NCBI GenBank assembly: GCA_964448395.1
Contig: CAYUWM010000001.1
Coordinates: 21,997-85,996 of the forward strand
From: an uncultured Dehalococcoidales bacterium
Lineage (GTDB): Bacteria > Chloroflexota > Dehalococcoidia > E44-bin15
DNA: 64,000 nt
Reading direction: 5' to 3'
Positions 63,141 through 64,000 of this stretch are shown one piece after another. Positions within the stretch are counted from its first letter, which is position 1, and the number at the start of each line of letters is the position of its first letter. Under the pieces are notes generated by a model that was not told where the DNA came from, searched no databases, and saw nothing but the letters and a program-made list of their open reading frames with translations. A program made the position numbers and the translations under genes.

Positions 63141-64000
63141 TCAGTCCTTTCTAAGTGCCAATTTCCGCAGGCTCTCTGTATACGGCTCACGAGCGATTCC
63201 CGCTTCCGTAATTATAGCAGATATGTAGCGGTGGGGGGTAACATCGAAGGCGGGATTGGCCACAGCCACGCCTTCGGGTGCGATGCGAACGCCTTTGATA
63301 TGGGTCACCTCTTCGGCATCCCTCTCCTCGATTGGTATCTCATCCCCGGAGCTTATGGAGAGGTCTAGCGTGCTTGTCGGGGCGGCGACGTAGAAGGGGA
63401 CGCCGTTCTCCATGGCCAGCACGGCGAGATTGTAGGTCCCTATCTTGTTGGCCACATCCCCATTGGCGGCAATCCTGTCGGCACCAACGATCGCGCAGTC
63501 GATTTCTCTCGAGCGCAGAAAATGCCCCACCATAGTATCGGTTATTAACGTGAACGGAATGCCGTACTTCTGCAGCTCCCAGGCGGTAAGGCGCGCCCCT
63601 TGAAGCAGGGGGCGGGTCTCAGTAACGAATACACTGACCTTTTCCCCGCTATCCCACGCCGACCTGATCACCCCCAGAGCCGTGCCGTAGCCCGCTGCCA
63701 AGGCCCCGGTGTTGCAGTGGGTGATGACAGTAAAGCCATCCCGGATCAGCCCTGCGCCGTAACCGCTCATCCTGCGCTCTGCCGCCTCATCCTCAGCGTC
63801 GATCTTGCGCGCCTCTGCGATAAGGGAAGCCTTTATCCGTTCGACGCTGTCACCCGCCTCCGCAACCTCGTTCATGCGGCGCAGCGCCCAGAAGAGGTTC
63901 ACCGCCGTAGGCCTGGTGCCGGCCAGCTCTGCGGAGATAGGTCGAAGTTTGTCGAGGAACTCTTCCTTAGAGCCCGCTTCGACGGCCTGGGCGCCCAGCG
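63141..64000 (-). CDS. mtnA: S-methyl-5-thioribose-1-phosphate isomerase (5' end outside the window)
   Basis: [22 protein letters not shown] and [15 protein letters not shown] motifs. The reading frame stays open to the window edge. Confidence 0.88.
   Translation of the reverse strand, partial: LGAQAVEAGSKEEFLDKLRPISAELAGTRPTAVNLFWALRRMNEVAEAGDSVERIKASLIAEARKIDAEDEAAERRMSGYGAGLIRDGFTVITHCNTGALAAGYGTALGVIRSAWDSGEKVSVFVTETRPLLQGARLTAWELQKYGIPFTLITDTMVGHFLRSREIDCAIVGADRIAANGDVANKIGTYNLAVLAMENGVPFYVAAPTSTLDLSISSGDEIPIEERDAEEVTHIKGVRIAPEGVAVANPAFDVTPHRYISAIITEAGIAREPYTESLRKLALRKD

Overview
This is a compact, moderately GC-rich bacterial core-genome window with no mobile elements, CRISPR arrays or rRNA. 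Genes often overlap by 1-4 nt and many start with GTG or TTG. The centre (29.4-51.5 kb, + strand) is a near-complete str/S10/spc/alpha ribosomal superoperon running rpsL-rpsG-fusA-rpsJ-rplC ... rpoA-rplQ-truA-rplM-rpsI, including secY, adk, map, infA and an rpmJ missing from the ORF track. The left part carries secG, a DUF62 SAM hydrolase, a UbiA prenyltransferase, cysS-ispF-ispD, a cbpA-hspR-clpC heat-shock operon divergent from hsp20, a coaE/acyl-CoA-synthetase/Nudix CoA module, a complete AmmeMemoRadiSam trio, a TPR protein with 45-nt tandem repeats, lspA-rluD, divergent glnS/gltX followed by tRNA-Gln, purF-purM-purH and tlyA. The right part carries an acyl-CoA dehydrogenase, a GDP-mannose-type sugar-nucleotide cluster, and a methyl-cycle/methionine-salvage cluster (metK, ahcY, PfkB kinase, MetE-like Zn methyltransferase, mtnP, mtnA). 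The most unusual observations are: (1) a MacB/FtsX-type ABC transporter inserted with no spacing between rplC and rplD, whose permease N-terminus follows the L3 stop codon in frame with no canonical start codon; (2) a single-domain MetE-like methyltransferase translationally coupled to a 63-aa, 8-cysteine protein inside the methyl-cycle cluster; (3) the functionally unresolved AmmeMemoRadiSam operon; (4) long low-complexity extensions on ribosomal protein S3 and Hsp20. Gene order resembles Chloroflexota/Dehalococcoidia or Firmicutes, but that assignment is tentative. All calls come from reading the translated ORFs and the DNA by eye; no searches were run.
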